NCBI GenBank assembly: GCA_022813865.1
Contig: JALDZX010000022.1
Coordinates: forward strand, 62,001 to 126,000
Reading direction: 5' to 3'
Length of the DNA: 64,000 bases
DNA from: Xylographa opegraphella
Lineage: Eukaryota
Program-made: the position numbers and the translations under genes
Part shown: positions 49,668 to 62,270 of the stretch, one piece after another
Layout of the letters: each line of letters starts with the position of its first letter
Numbering within the stretch: position 1 is the first letter of the stretch
Notes under the pieces: model-generated
What the model was told of the DNA's origin: nothing
Databases searched by the model: none
What the model saw: the letters and a program-made list of their open reading frames with translations, nothing else

Positions 49668-50966
49668 TCAGGCGCCGTCGCGACTTTTCCGGTAGCTAGC
49701 CTAGAATGGCAGAATCCATTATATCAGCAAAGAGACCTTCGGAAAGCCTGCAGAATGAAATGCTCAATAGCCGGAGCTTTCGTGATGACCCACCTCCTGC
49801 TCGACCTGCAGTCCATCCACCACCGGCGCCAGTTCGCTCAGGATCTCGTACGCCTTCTTGTGGAACTCGAGCTGCGCGGCGATCAGATCCGCAAGGTTCC
49901 GGAGCGGTTCAGGCGTATCGAGGACCTATGCCGAATGATTAGCACCCGGCAGTGCGCGCCGTCAAGACGGGGGGGATTCGCACATTCTTCATCACGCCGA
50001 TTGCCTCCTCCGTCTGTGCGACGAATTCGTCCTCCTTGCGCTCGATCTGCGCCCGCATCTCTTCACTCACATACTCGTCGTCCGGATTGAAGCCGCGGCC
50101 TGCACTGTTCTTGGCTTTGGCTTTGGTCGCGTCGAGGCTCAGCCGGGCATTCTCGACCGCTCGTCTGGCTCGAGTGGCGAACATCAGGTTTGTGTTCAGC
50201 GTGGTTGACCACCCCGCGAGGAATCTGCTCTGTATCTGCGCGTCTTGCGCCAGTCGTGCCTCTCCCACTTTCTCTTCCGCAAGCGCATATTTCTCCAGCG
50301 CCGTAGCCAGCGGATCTTCCCCGGCACCTATTTGCGATTGGTTGAGCACTTGGGAGCCCGCGAGCGACGCACGAGCGATGGCATGACTGAACGTTTTCGG
50401 TTGAGGCTTTGCGGAAGGAGGCGCGGTGAAAGCGGCCTGGGCTTCTGATGGAGAGCTGGCGGTGGAGAGAAGGTGGACTTTCTCGGAGATGGTGCGGCCC
50501 AGATCATTGAAGGATTCGCGGATGTTTGCCGGATAGTCGTATGCTTCGTTGCTGTAGGAGGAGCTATACACACACCATGAGCTCTGCGCGCAGGATGGAG
50601 CGAGAACGACGACATACGTGACTTGTAGCAACTTCTGATGCACTTGCTTGAGAGCATCGACCCGTTTCTCCAATTCTATGTAATCTGGTGGTAGTTCGGT
50701 CTAGGACACCAGCGAGTTTAGGGCGGAAAACGTGGATAGTGAATTTGCGTGCTATACACAGACTGACCTTGTCATCAGCCTGACCAAGTTGCTCTTTGAC
50801 ATACTGCTGAGTTCGAGCAGCGAAGGGAGAAAAGGAAGCTCTGGTATACGATATACGGTCAGCCAGATGCCTGGCATGTGAACAGTTGAAAACACGCGTT
50901 CAATAGTATGGAGTACGTGCGGAAGACTTACGAAATATTCTTCCCGAAAGCCTGGACTTTATCCAT
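49668..50966 (-). CDS. GVP36: BAR-domain Golgi vesicle protein, Gvp36-like
   Basis: MDKVQAFGKN.., ARTQQYVKEQLGQADDK/TELPPDYIELEKRVDALKQVHQKLL, YSNEAYDYP, PKTFSHAIARAS, EDEFVAQTEEA and VLDTPEPLRNLADLIAAQLEFHK..ASYRKSRDGA. Multiple introns. Confidence 0.88.
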
Positions 50967-51521
50967 TCTTATAGCTTTTGTACCTTTTTAATGTGTCTGC
51001 TTGAAGGGAGTCTGGTGCAAAAGATGGTCAACCATTAAGATACCAATGCTCAGGGTACATTGTAACAGGCACTAACGGAGAGTAACTAACTAGGCCTGAT
51101 TCGTCAATATTGACATTTGGAATTTTTGGTGACGAACCCGTTGAGGTGCAACGCTCGTGAACAGGTACTGTAGGCATAATCATCGCATTAAGAGTAAATC
51201 AATTCTTATATGCGTTGATCTATCAACTTCATCGGCACCAAGACAACCTGGTCCTTTGCGAAGAACTCGATAAAACGTCCTCAAGTATGCCGCACATTAA
51301 CATGGTACTACTTTGAGAGGAGAACAATTCTATTATACCCATAAACCTAGATTAATTACAAGAATTAACCGCCTAGCTCCACGCAATGATTTCCTGAGCC
51401 CAGCCCACCGAAAATTAAGAAGACATTGCATCGAAGCGACAATAGTCGGGGGAATAAGAGTACAGAGCGAATCTTTAACCTAACACGCATGGACAAACAA
51501 CACTTTTGAACCATAACTCGT

Positions 51522-53729
51522 CTAAGGCTTCTTTTCACCCTCACCGCTTGGAGGCTCTTGTGATGATTCTCCAGCGTTTGGTGGGGACGTTTGTTGCTCC
51601 TCAGCTCTGGCTCGGTGCATCTTATCGAAGAGTGTCAGACTCGCTGTTTGAAGCTCGTCAGTCTTCTCCTTCAGCTCAGCCGCAGTTGCCGTTCCTTCGC
51701 CGCTTTGGTTTTTGGCGACGAATTCTCTCAGCTTCTCAATTCTCTCCTTAATGGCGTCAGCTTCTGTCTTATCAAGTTTGTCGGCGTAGTCCTTGAGAGC
51801 TTTCTCGGTATCGTTCAGAACGCTATCAGCGCGATTCGCGGCCTCAATCGCAGCCTTGCGTTCTTTGTCCGACTCCCCGTACTTCTCAGCGTCATCGACC
51901 ATCCCTTGAATTTCGGCATCGGAAAGACCAGAACCTGAAGCTATTGTGATGGATTGATCCTTGTTCGTAGATTTATCCTTGGCGTGGACGTGCACGATGG
52001 AATCTGCGTCGATGTCGAAAGTGACTTCAACCTGCGGGACACCACGGTGCGCTGGAGGAATACCAACAAGCTGGAAATTGCCCAGAAGTTTATTATCGCG
52101 AACGAGTTCGCGCTCGCCTTGGTAAACCTTGATTTCAACAGCGGTTTGGAAGTCTGCAGCTGTCGAGAATATTTGTGATTTTTTGGTAGGTATCGTCGTA
52201 TTCCGGTTTATGAGACGAGTGAAAACACCACCGAGTGTCTCAATACCAAGAGACAGAGGAGTAACGTCGAGCAGAAGTACGTCCATGACTTCACCAGCTA
52301 ACACAGCCCCTTGAATAGCAGCTCCAATGGCCACAGCCTCGTCTGGATTTACAGACTTGGCTGGGTCACGCCCAAAGATACTTTTGACCGACTCCGCAAC
52401 CTTCGGCATGCGGGTCATGCCGCCAACGAGGATGACTTCCTGGATGTCTTTGGCTTGTAAATTGGCATCTTTCAAAGCCTTTCGGACAGGATCAATTGTA
52501 CGACCGATGAGAGAGTCCACAAGACCCTCAAGCTGAGCGCGCGTCATTTTGGAGTTGATATGCTTTGGGCCGGAAGCATCGGCGGTAATGAAGGGCAGGT
52601 TGATGTCAGTCTGAAGAGAGGAGGAGAGCTCAATCTTTGCCTTTTCTGCAGCTTCACGGATACGTTGTATTGCCATCCTGTCATTTGAGAGATCAATGCC
52701 AGAATCCTTTTTAAACTGTTGAACAATATGGCGAACTAAATTGATGTCGAAGTCCTCGCCACCCAAGTGGGTATCACCATTCGTCGATTTGACCTCGAAC
52801 ACTCCCTTTTGAATTTCAAGGATTGAAATGTCGAATGTTCCTCCACCAAGATCATAGACTGCAATGACTTTGTCGTCATCCTTCTCCAGCCCGTATGCAA
52901 GAGCTGCGGCTGTGGGCTCGTTCACCACGCGAAGGACGTTCAAACCAGCAATTTGACCAGCGTCCTTGGTAGCTTGACGTTGAGAATCATTGAAGTAAGC
53001 GGGAACCGTAACAACAGCGTTCTTGATATTCTTATTCAAGTATGCCTCTGCAGTCTCTTTCATTTTCTGCAGAACGAACCCTCCAATCTGCGATGGTGAG
53101 TACTTCTGTCCACGGGCTTCAATCCAAGCATCGCCGTTAGAGTGTTGCACAATTTTGTAAGGCACTTCCTTGAGATCTCGTTGACATTCAGGATCGGTAA
53201 ACTTTCGACCTATAAGTCGTTTCGTTGCGAAGAGTGTATTCTCAGGATTAACGACAGCTTGGCGCTTAGCTGATACACCAACCAGACGTTCTCCATCCTG
53301 TGCAAAAGCGACAACGGAAGGAGTTGTCCGAGTTCCTATGATATAACAGTCGGCATCTCTTGGACACCGTGAGGAATAGCTTGACTACGGACCTTCTGAG
53401 TTTTCTATTATTCGAGGTGTCTTGCCTTCCATTATTGCCACAGCTGAGTTAGTGGTGCCTGTCCAAAGACGTCAGTATGTGCTAGAAAATGGGACGTCCC
53501 GATGGAAGTCGAGCTTACCAAGATCGATTCCGATAACCTGGCCCTTGACCTTTTCCTCGGCGGCATTGGACTGGTATCGTGCAAAGGAAGAGGCAGAAGG
53601 CAAACGGACAGATGAACGGTAAAAGGCCGAAGTCGCCCGCGGTATCTGGAGCACCAAAGTGTTTAGATCGATGCAGAGCAAATATGGTTTCGCAGCACTT
53701 ACATTTCTAGTGAGCCTTGAAGACAACAT
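51522..53729 (-). CDS. SSC1: Mitochondrial Hsp70 chaperone
   Basis: Arg/Ser-rich presequence ([15 protein letters not shown]), then [41 protein letters not shown] and DLGGGTFD. No EEVD tail. Three 5' introns. Confidence 0.97.
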
Positions 53730-54070
53730 GATGCTAGAATGAAGGTTGAAGAGTTATCCCAGTGCTTGTGTTGAAAGTCGAAGGGGAGAGGTCTTTGGCA
53801 AAGTGTGGTAAAATAATGATCGAGGCGCGAGTTAAGATGATGAAGTATCGGGCGAAAATTATTAGTAGTTGACTAGCGTATTTCTTAGAAGCACATGGAA
53901 TTCGCCGGCCCGAGTTCTCTATTCTGCGGACAGGCTAGTGAGTTCTAGCTCACAGTGAGAAGCGGGCAACTCGGCTCTCCCTTTGGCGATGGGCGAGCTT
54001 ATGTGCTCCAATGCTCTGTTGCCACTCCCCATCTTACTAGTCCTCCGAGCTGTATTGATGGGTGGCCAAT

Positions 54071-56570
54071 ATGACTATTGGTATCACAACGTGAGAGGAT
54101 CGCTGACCAAATCAAGTGTCACCTGTCCACCATCTCACCTTGAATAGGTTTACAGAGAGTAATTCCCTAATACAACCCCTCCACCGAAAGTTTTACCCAT
54201 CAAAGATCCCTCAGCAGTAGGTACATATCTGGTGAATTGCAAAGTCCATGCTAATATTTTCGGAGACACCATCAGCTCAAAAACTTTATCAGTACTGTGG
54301 ACCAAGACACCATATACTTTGCTTCTAGAAGCCAAGTATATGCCTTGCATACCGTTACCCAACGACGAGAACGAATAGCTACTCTATCAGTGCCCCCAAG
54401 GTGTCTAGGTGCAGGCTTTGGATGGTTATGCGTTGGAGGACCCGATAGGGGAAGATGCGCTTTCATAAACATTGGTGATCATTTCTCCTCTGCTGCTGCA
54501 AATCGGCAAAATGCCAGACATACGGCAGAGGTTGATGCCTTGTTACCGTTGGATCTGGATCCTCACTCTCGCATACTCGCTCAAAGCTTCTTGGGGTCTC
54601 ATGATGACAACCCCCGTCTTCCATGGCAGCGTGCTAAAGTGGAATACCATGAACTTGGCGGTGAAATTGTCAACTCGATAACCGTACATTGCCTGCACAG
54701 TGACAAAGAAGGGATTCAGGATGAGATTGTGGCTGTTATAGCGTAAGCTTCATTTCGCCATCTAGTTACTGTCATTGATATCTTTTATTAGGAACAATGA
54801 CAAAACCGTTCGAATATTCTCTCTAAGCCAGTCTCGGGTGTTGCAAACCCTTGAGTTTCCAACGCTGATGAACCATGCAACAATATCACCAGATGGAAAC
54901 CTTCTCTTAGCCTGTGGAGACGAGGCTCGTGCTTTCTTCTGGAAAAGGCGAAGACTTGCCAGCTTGGCAGTGAACGGCGATTCGGTCTTCGCCAGGTACG
55001 AGTGGCATAAGATCGCTGATCCACGACTTACTGTAGCAGCTTCGAAGGATGCGTGCTTCTCGACAGCGTTCTCCCCATCTGGGCACATCTGCGCTGTAGC
55101 GTCCCAAGCAGGAACTATCACTGTCTTCGACTCCAGTCTGATTAAGGCTAATCTAGAAGCTGATGAAGCTGTCATCAGCACATTCTTGTCATCGAGACCC
55201 GGTGGTGATGAAGAACTGTCAGGAGCAGTTCGATCGATGGCCTTTGGACCAAACCCGTGGGATCTGTTCGCATGGGCAGAGGATCGCGGCAGGGTTTGTG
55301 TTACAGATCTTCGTAACAACTTCCGGTCACGACAAACGTTAGAGCTTGATATTAATGCTGCGGACATCGAGCGAGCAGAGCTTTCGGATATCGAGGATGA
55401 GTTCAGTACTGCTGAGCAGCGTGAACTTGAAATTGAGGCAAGATTCGTCCAACGCCATCGAGAGGCTTTGGACGCTCAAGATCATTTGGCCGCTGTCAAC
55501 CATGCAGCAGAATACATGGAGCTCGCAGCTGAAAGACGACGTCTTGAGCGCGAAATGCGCGAGGCAGGGTTATCAACTTCCCAGGCCGACCTAGCCAATG
55601 GTCTGACCAATGGAGAGCGACAAATTCTTGACTCCTTGCGTATGGAACGTCAACGACGTGCTGAACGTGAAACTAACAGTCAAGCTTTGAATGATCGACC
55701 CTTCAGTGTTCACTACCTTCAGCCTTCAGACAGAGGCGAGGGGGACTCCTCAGCTACGATGCAGTCCTCTACGCCGCACAATACCACCATCCGGCAATAT
55801 ATGCGCGAGCGAAATCTCGAGCGGACTGTAGACCCACGGGCAGATCAACCTCGAAGGCGCACATCAGTTGTCATCTCCAACAGTAATGTCTCTCATCCTT
55901 CATCGTCCTCTTCCCTGGCTCTGACCGGAACCAATCCTTCCGCTCTCTCAACTTCTCCCTCCCGTCTGATCTCCACTGAAACCGACTCTATCTCTCCGCC
56001 GTCACCACCTCTTCCGGTTCCTCCAACAATTGCAGATCCTTGGCAAACAATATCTGCCGCTATGACAGCCTCCATCGACACCCGCAATTCAGAAAGTCTT
56101 GGTAGAGCGCGTATAGAACCTGGGATCATCCGCCAGGAAGGTGTTCTTCAGCGTGAGCGAGAGGCTACCGAATCCTCCATATCGAATTTTGCGCGTCGGA
56201 TTCAAGCCACGGCACGAGCGGAACGATTACGTTCAACGCGCCTCAGGCAGATGCGGGACCGAGATGAGGACAGCGGGTATGAGGAATACGAGATTGATTT
56301 GTTGCGGCGCCTAGCCGGGCAGAGGAGGGCGGGTGAGCAAACGACTGAAGTGGGAACCATGGGCATCGGCTGGAGCGCGGATGGAAAACTCCTGTAAGTT
56401 TATCCGTCTACTCTCACTCAATCTGGTTTGCGGTGTTACGGACCCCTGATGCATCGTACAAATTTGTCAGCTGACCTATGGTCAGGTATGTGGGAACAGA
56501 CGAAGGTATCCTCGAGTTTAGTGTTAATCTTAATGATCGGAAGACATTTCCTGCTTTGGCCTTCCAATGA
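54071..56570 (+). CDS. DUF2415-type WD40-like beta-propeller protein
   Basis: HHQLKNFIS, PRCLGAGFGWLCVGG, LGGEIVNSIT, NNDKTVRIFSL, MNHATISPDG, CFSTAFS, GAVRSMAFGPNPWDLFAWAEDRGRVCVTDLR and GIGWSADGKLLYVGTDEGILEF. About 4 introns; the 5' exons are tentative. Confidence 0.82.
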
Positions 56571-57157
56571 TTTTGGTGGGAGGGCGGTCTTCTCGCAGCG
56601 CAGGAGGTTTTGGACATGGACCTAGAGTCACGGAAGTATTTGCATTTTACTTTTACTCGCGTGTTTCAAATCGCTTGTATTGATGGTTTGGGAAACTCTT
56701 CTTCAACTGTCAGTATCATCGTGATCTTGTGATATTGGCCTCCTTCAATTGTCAAAACACAAATGGGTTCGGAAGGCATTGCCACCATACTTAAGCTTAG
56801 TGTATACCGACTTTCACGATAATTCGGGTATTACACTCATCATGTATTATGTCGATACCTTATATAGCAGAGCCCAAAAAATACAAGAATTTATTCTTAA
56901 GCAATCCTCACATTTATCTCGAAGATAAGCCGCCTGTTCTACTTGATAATGCTATCTATACACCAAAAAGCTTTCCTTGAGCATGAACCCTCAGCACACG
57001 TAGCTTAATGTCTATAGGTCCTTCGTACGCCACGTTCACCACTTTAGGCAAAGACCCAGACCAGTCCGCCCAAAGGTATTCTACACATTTCTCATGTGTA
57101 GGTAACCAAAAATCATCCTCGTTATGCTAATACTTAAGTAATGAAAGTCCCTGGAAG

Positions 57158-58854
57158 CTACACTTTCTGAATCCATCCGCTGTGTACGAGAAAGTCGTAA
57201 ACACGGGAGACTTTGGCACCATCAATCTACACAATTGCGACAAAATCAGTGGTTACACGACTATGGAATATGCGAATATCCGTAGATGGACATACCTTAC
57301 AAACTTCTCTAGCTGACTTTCGTTTTATGCTTCCTCCGGTCTTCATCGCTTCTCGCATGACGCCCTCCTTAATAATAAGATAAGCCTTGGGCATCATACG
57401 CAGCATAGAGCACAGTTCCACTTCTTCGGTTGTGAGAAGTTGAATATCAGTCGCATTGTCTGGTGTAAGCTTAAGAGGCGAGAGTCCAGCAATGGGCATA
57501 ACGGAGTATTGCGTCTTCGAGTTTGTGTTGACAGAATTGCCATTACCATTTGGAATTGATCCCTTACTTTGGCTGTTGATGGCTAAGGATGTGAAGGGCA
57601 TTTGTGAGTTCTTAAGGCGTTCAGGAAGCTCTGGAGCGGTAAGAGCGGTCGTAGCGGAAGGGGTCTCGATTGGCGGAATAGGTTTAGGAGGTCTGACACC
57701 TGCTAGACGGTCGAAAGATCCCGTAGGAGCAGGGCGTTGTGCACGTGTTTGTTTTTCACTCTCGTACTTTTCTCCGCTTTTGAGGTCCCCAATGCGCATG
57801 TGTCTCCAGTCTTGTAATTGCGCAACCGCTTGACGGAGATTGTGCTCGTACTCCAGTCCACTCGAAAGCTCTTGGAAATCTTTGTGGTTCGTCATCCTGG
57901 CAAACGGCTTGACCTTGTTCATTAGATCTCGTTCTTCCTTCGTCCGTTTTTTATCCAGTGCTGCGTTCTTACGGTACTCTAAGAGATGATGCTCAAATAT
58001 CACTTTCTTTCGTTCCGCACGAGTAGTGAGACGCGAATTATATATATCCATCACCACCATTTTCAACTCCATCTCGGGCTCTATTTCTCCAGTGCGCGGG
58101 TTGATACCATCCCCTGGATCGAATTGCATGTGTTGGACGGCCTCTTCGGCTTCGTTTGCGAACTCGGTCTCGAATTCTAGGCGACCAGGCATGTAGCCTT
58201 GTACCTCGTGGCAAGCAGGTACCGAAGCCGTTGGCTTCTGCTTTGGCGCGGCAGGCGGCGCTGACTTGGCAGCGTTCTTCCGCTCTTCAATCCGCCGTTT
58301 CTTCCTTGCTTGGAAGACATCACGTGGATTCTCTAACAGAAGAGATGTGTCTTTTGGGTCCGCTCTTTCTGGCAAGGGGAAATTCGTTGACTTCACATAT
58401 GTATCACTGTAATGGTCTCGGACTTCGTCCTTTGTGCGGTACCCGCCAATGTGATCCGCAATATCAGCCCAAGAGCCAAGACCATAGACCTCAGCACCCT
58501 CAAGTAAAAGAAGTTCTTCGTCTGCACCCCAATCTGCGGTATATATGGGAATGGAATGCTGTTCTATAACTGAGAAGGGATGGGTAGCGGGGTCATGGTT
58601 TTGTGAGCTTGATCCATCTGAGAAGCATGGTACGCAGAGGTCGTAGTCATTGCAACTTGAGTCGGCGCATCGGATACGGACCTGTGTTCCAATGTCAATT
58701 ATCTGCGCTAAGCACCAGACACGGGGTTGATAGAATAGATGTGTGACGGAGGAGTATTTACGGTCGAGGTGATATCCGCCGAGCAAACGTCACAGATGTA
58801 TTTCAAGCCACCCTCAGTGCCCCGTGTGACTGTTTTTTTCCTGATAACTCCCAT
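57158..58854 (-). CDS. ADA2: SAGA/ADA transcriptional adaptor Ada2
   Basis: MGVIRKK, a ZZ finger ([26 protein letters not shown]), a SANT domain ([29 protein letters not shown]), [13 protein letters not shown] and a C-terminal SWIRM ([19 protein letters not shown]). Two introns. Confidence 0.96.
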
Positions 58855-59509
58855 AGCGGCGGCTTCGGTCGCAAGGCAGTGACATTAGGGTACCATGAAA
58901 TACGTCACTAAATATGGTGAATGGGCAAGCGCAGACCGGTAGGGGATATCAAAAATCTTTGGAAGCCACCATAGTGATACCGAAGATAACAAGAACCCGA
59001 GAGATGAAGATATCTGCAATTCAGTCCCACGATACTATCTTGAAGACATGAAGTGGAGGAGAGTTGAGCTTGTGAGTCACTACCCAATCAACGAAGAAGT
59101 GGCTTATACATGTGGCACGGTGGAGTGGAACCGAGCTAGACTAGTCTCAGTCAAGCCACACCAATTGACCGGCCCGAAACCCGGAGAGTCTGTCTTACAA
59201 CTCCATAACAAATCAGCCTTCAGGTCTGACGTCTTTATTAATATCAACAATGGTTTACGATCGGAAACCCATGCATTGATGGAAACTCCGCCGTCTTTCC
59301 AATCCTAGATTCTCATAGACAACTGTCTAGCGGCCCCACTGAGACGAGTGGCTACGCCAGCCATTCATAAGCTTCCAGAAGTACTCCGTACATTGCAACC
59401 TCATACCCATACTGCCGCTGTTGGACCCAACAATTTCAGTCAACCCAATCGATCCATATAGTGTGTACTACAGTGCATCCACACAGTACACAAGTTATCT
59501 TCAAAAATC

Positions 59510-61707
59510 ATGTCTTGGAATCTTACAAAAAGTACAGCAGAGAGCACTGTCTTTTGTTGCTGAATGCTGACGATAGACAGAATTCAAAGAGACGCACCTT
59601 GGCCCTTTAAAGAACTCCCTCGCTGGTCGATCGACATCTACGTCCACAATAAAGGCAGAAACTCCAGAACCTCCTGTTACTATAGATGAGAAATCAAGTA
59701 TCAGCAGCAGTAATGGGATCGGTATGTCATCCGAACGACGAAGCTGCATAATACTCACAAGGTTGAAGCTGCATCGGAAGCTCTGGTTTCTCCGCCCGCT
59801 GCACCAGCCAAGCCAGGCATTCTGATAGTCACTCTACACGAGGGAAAAGGCTTCTCGCTACCCCCACACTACCAACAAGCCTTTGGTTCTCAACCTCAGA
59901 ACTCTGTGGCCGCAAATAACGGGTTCGCGGCTGCAGGCTCTATACGACCTGGTTCCTCGGCTGCGAGGACTCCCGGTGGGATACCTGGCTCATACTCAGT
60001 GAATTCTCGCCCACAAACCACAAGTGGTGGAATAAACTCTGCCCCTACCAACCATGGCCGCTACTCATCGCGTCATCTACCATATGCTCTACTCGATTTT
60101 GACAAACTGCAGGTTTTCGTTGACGCCGTTTCTGGAAGTCCAGAGAATCCATACTGGGCGGGAGACAATACGCAATACAAATTCGATGTATCACGTGTTA
60201 CAGACCTTTCAGTTCAATTATATCTACGAAACCCTAATGCCAGACAGGGTGCCGGGCGGAGCGAGGACATCTTCTTAGGCGCTTGCAAGGTCAATCCGAG
60301 GTTTGAGGAACCTCGGCAGTATGTCGAGGATATAAAAGCAAGCAAGAAGGATAAAGAAAAGGGGGCACTAGCTTTCGCACAGCAAGAACGAGAATTAGGT
60401 CAGAGCGGCTCCGAATGGCTCGAAGTTTCTTTCGGAACAGGTTCTCTCAAGATCGGCGTTACATTTGTTGAAAATCGACAGCGGACTTTGAAAATCGAAG
60501 ATTTCGAGCTTTTGAAGGTGGTCGGAAAGGGTAGTTTTGGAAAGGTCATGCAGGTCATGTGAGCAACCCATGCAACAGTTTTGACACATGCTGCTACTCG
60601 GTATCCAGCCAGGCTGATATTGTAATATAGGAAACGAGACACTCATCGAATATACGCACTAAAGACCCTACGAAAAGCTCATATCATCTCCAGATCCGAG
60701 GTCGCTCATACACTAGCCGAACGATCAGTTCTAGCTCAAATCAACAACCCCTTCATAGTACCCCTGAAATTCTCCTTCCAGTCCCCAGAGAAGCTCTATT
60801 TGGTCCTTGCCTTTGTTAATGGTGGGGAACTCTTCCACCATTTGCAACGAGAACAAAGATTCGATATCAACCGATCACGATTTTACACAGCTGAACTCCT
60901 CTGCGCTCTAGAGTGTCTCCATGGGTTCAACGTTATTTATCGAGACTTGAAGCCTGAGAACATTCTGTTGGATTATTCCGGTCATATTGCACTATGTGAC
61001 TTTGGTTTGTGTAAACTCGATATGAAGGACGAAGATCGAACAAATAGTAAGACCGCCGGCTTTCAAATCATAAGTAGATGCTAACTTCTTTCACAGCCTT
61101 TTGTGGTACCCCTGAGTACCTGGCACCAGAGCTGCTCCTAGGCCAAGGATATACCAAAACTGTAGACTGGTGGACGCTCGGTGTACTATTGTATGAGATG
61201 TTGACCGGGCTACCGCCATACTACGATGAGAACACAAATGAGATGTACAGGAAGATATTATCGGAACCGCTTCACTTTCCTGGTCCTGAAATAGTCCCTC
61301 CCACAGCCAAAGACCTTTTAACTCGACTTCTTGACCGCCGACCTGAACGAAGACTTGGTGCAAACGGAGCTTCAGAAATCAAGGCTCATCCGTTCTTTCA
61401 CAGTATTGATTGGAGAAAGCTCCTTCAGAGAAAGTACGAGCCGACTTTCAAACCCAATGTGGTATGTGGCTGTTCTGCCCAGATTGATTGCATGTGCTAA
61501 TATCCACAGACGGATGCACTAGACACAGCAAACTTTGACCGCGAATTCACCTCCGAGGCGCCGACTGATTCATATGTCGATGGGCCAATTTTGTCCCAGA
61601 CAATGCAGCAGCAATTTGCAGGCTGGTCTTACAATCGTCCGGTTGCTGGCTTGGGTGATGCCGGCGGAAGTGTGAAGGACCCGTCCTTTGGCAGTGTTAC
61701 TGGTTGA
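59510..61707 (+). CDS. YPK1: AGC Ser/Thr kinase Ypk1/Gad8
   Basis: MSWNLTKKFKETHL, a C2-like region ([21 protein letters not shown]), [41 protein letters not shown] activation loop and hydrophobic motif QFAGWSY. Five introns. Confidence 0.96.
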
Positions 61708-62175
61708 TCTGCCGTTGATATGAGACATGATCATGACCCGTTTAAAGGTGCATCATAACTTCGGCACGAGATGTCTCAATAGAGCATATCTCTAGGACTA
61801 TTGTAGCCATAGACTGTTATCAAGACACCCATGTACCTGACTCCACAGGTTTTGAGTTTATGCATTTGTGCTTAGTGAGAGCTGTGCATGATGAGCAACC
61901 TAACAGCCTGTTGTGCACTTAGACCGAAGCCATGATTACACATGTGTGTTACAGACGGTGGTGGACAAATATGAGCTGTAATTGGATTTGTGTAAAAATC
62001 TAGTGGATTACACACGACTGCAGAGCGCCTCCTTGGTGGGGAATGGAGGGGCAAGTTCTGCAACGTCAGTGGGGTGTGTTCCGCACGAATTCGAGGCACA
62101 TTTCAACCCGTTGGCATCCGTAGTTTTGCATCACAGCTCTTTCCTCCAACCTGATCACTTCAAACTAAGACCATT

Positions 62176-62225
62176 GTGAGTTCATACAATCAATTGGCCA
62201 GATCACATGCTAATTGGTCTTTCAG
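62176..62225 (+). other. Putative 5'-UTR intron of the PGI gene
   Basis: GTGAGT donor, GCTAAT branch site and TTCAG acceptor; 50 nt long, ending 45 nt upstream of the ATG at 62271. Confidence 0.6.
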
Positions 62226-62270
62226 TCAAGCAAATTCAAGAGCGCATTAAACCCGAGTCCGTTCAACAAG

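Noticed and set aside
49725..49755. Alternative acceptor in the last GVP36 intron giving an AFRRSLC C-terminus
   Set aside because: It lacks a good branch site. The downstream acceptor has GCTGAT and gives the family-like ASYRKSRDGA end.
51506..52726. Antisense ORFs opposite Hsp70, and similar ones opposite HRQ1, TIF35 and the RanBP1 gene
   Set aside because: Shadow ORFs caused by the codon bias of the real gene. They are fragmented and have no independent features.
8233..58854. Apparent cluster of chromatin/nuclear genes (HRQ1, NDT80, RRN11, EED, ADA2) or lipid-signalling genes (ARV1, YPK1)
   Set aside because: They are interspersed with unrelated housekeeping genes. Nothing in the sequence indicates a functional cluster, and no secondary-metabolite backbone gene is present.
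830..61707. Stop-codon readthrough (TGA CTA) producing cryptic peroxisomal isoforms
   Set aside because: None of the stop contexts I inspected is TGA-CTA. The PGI stop lies outside the window.
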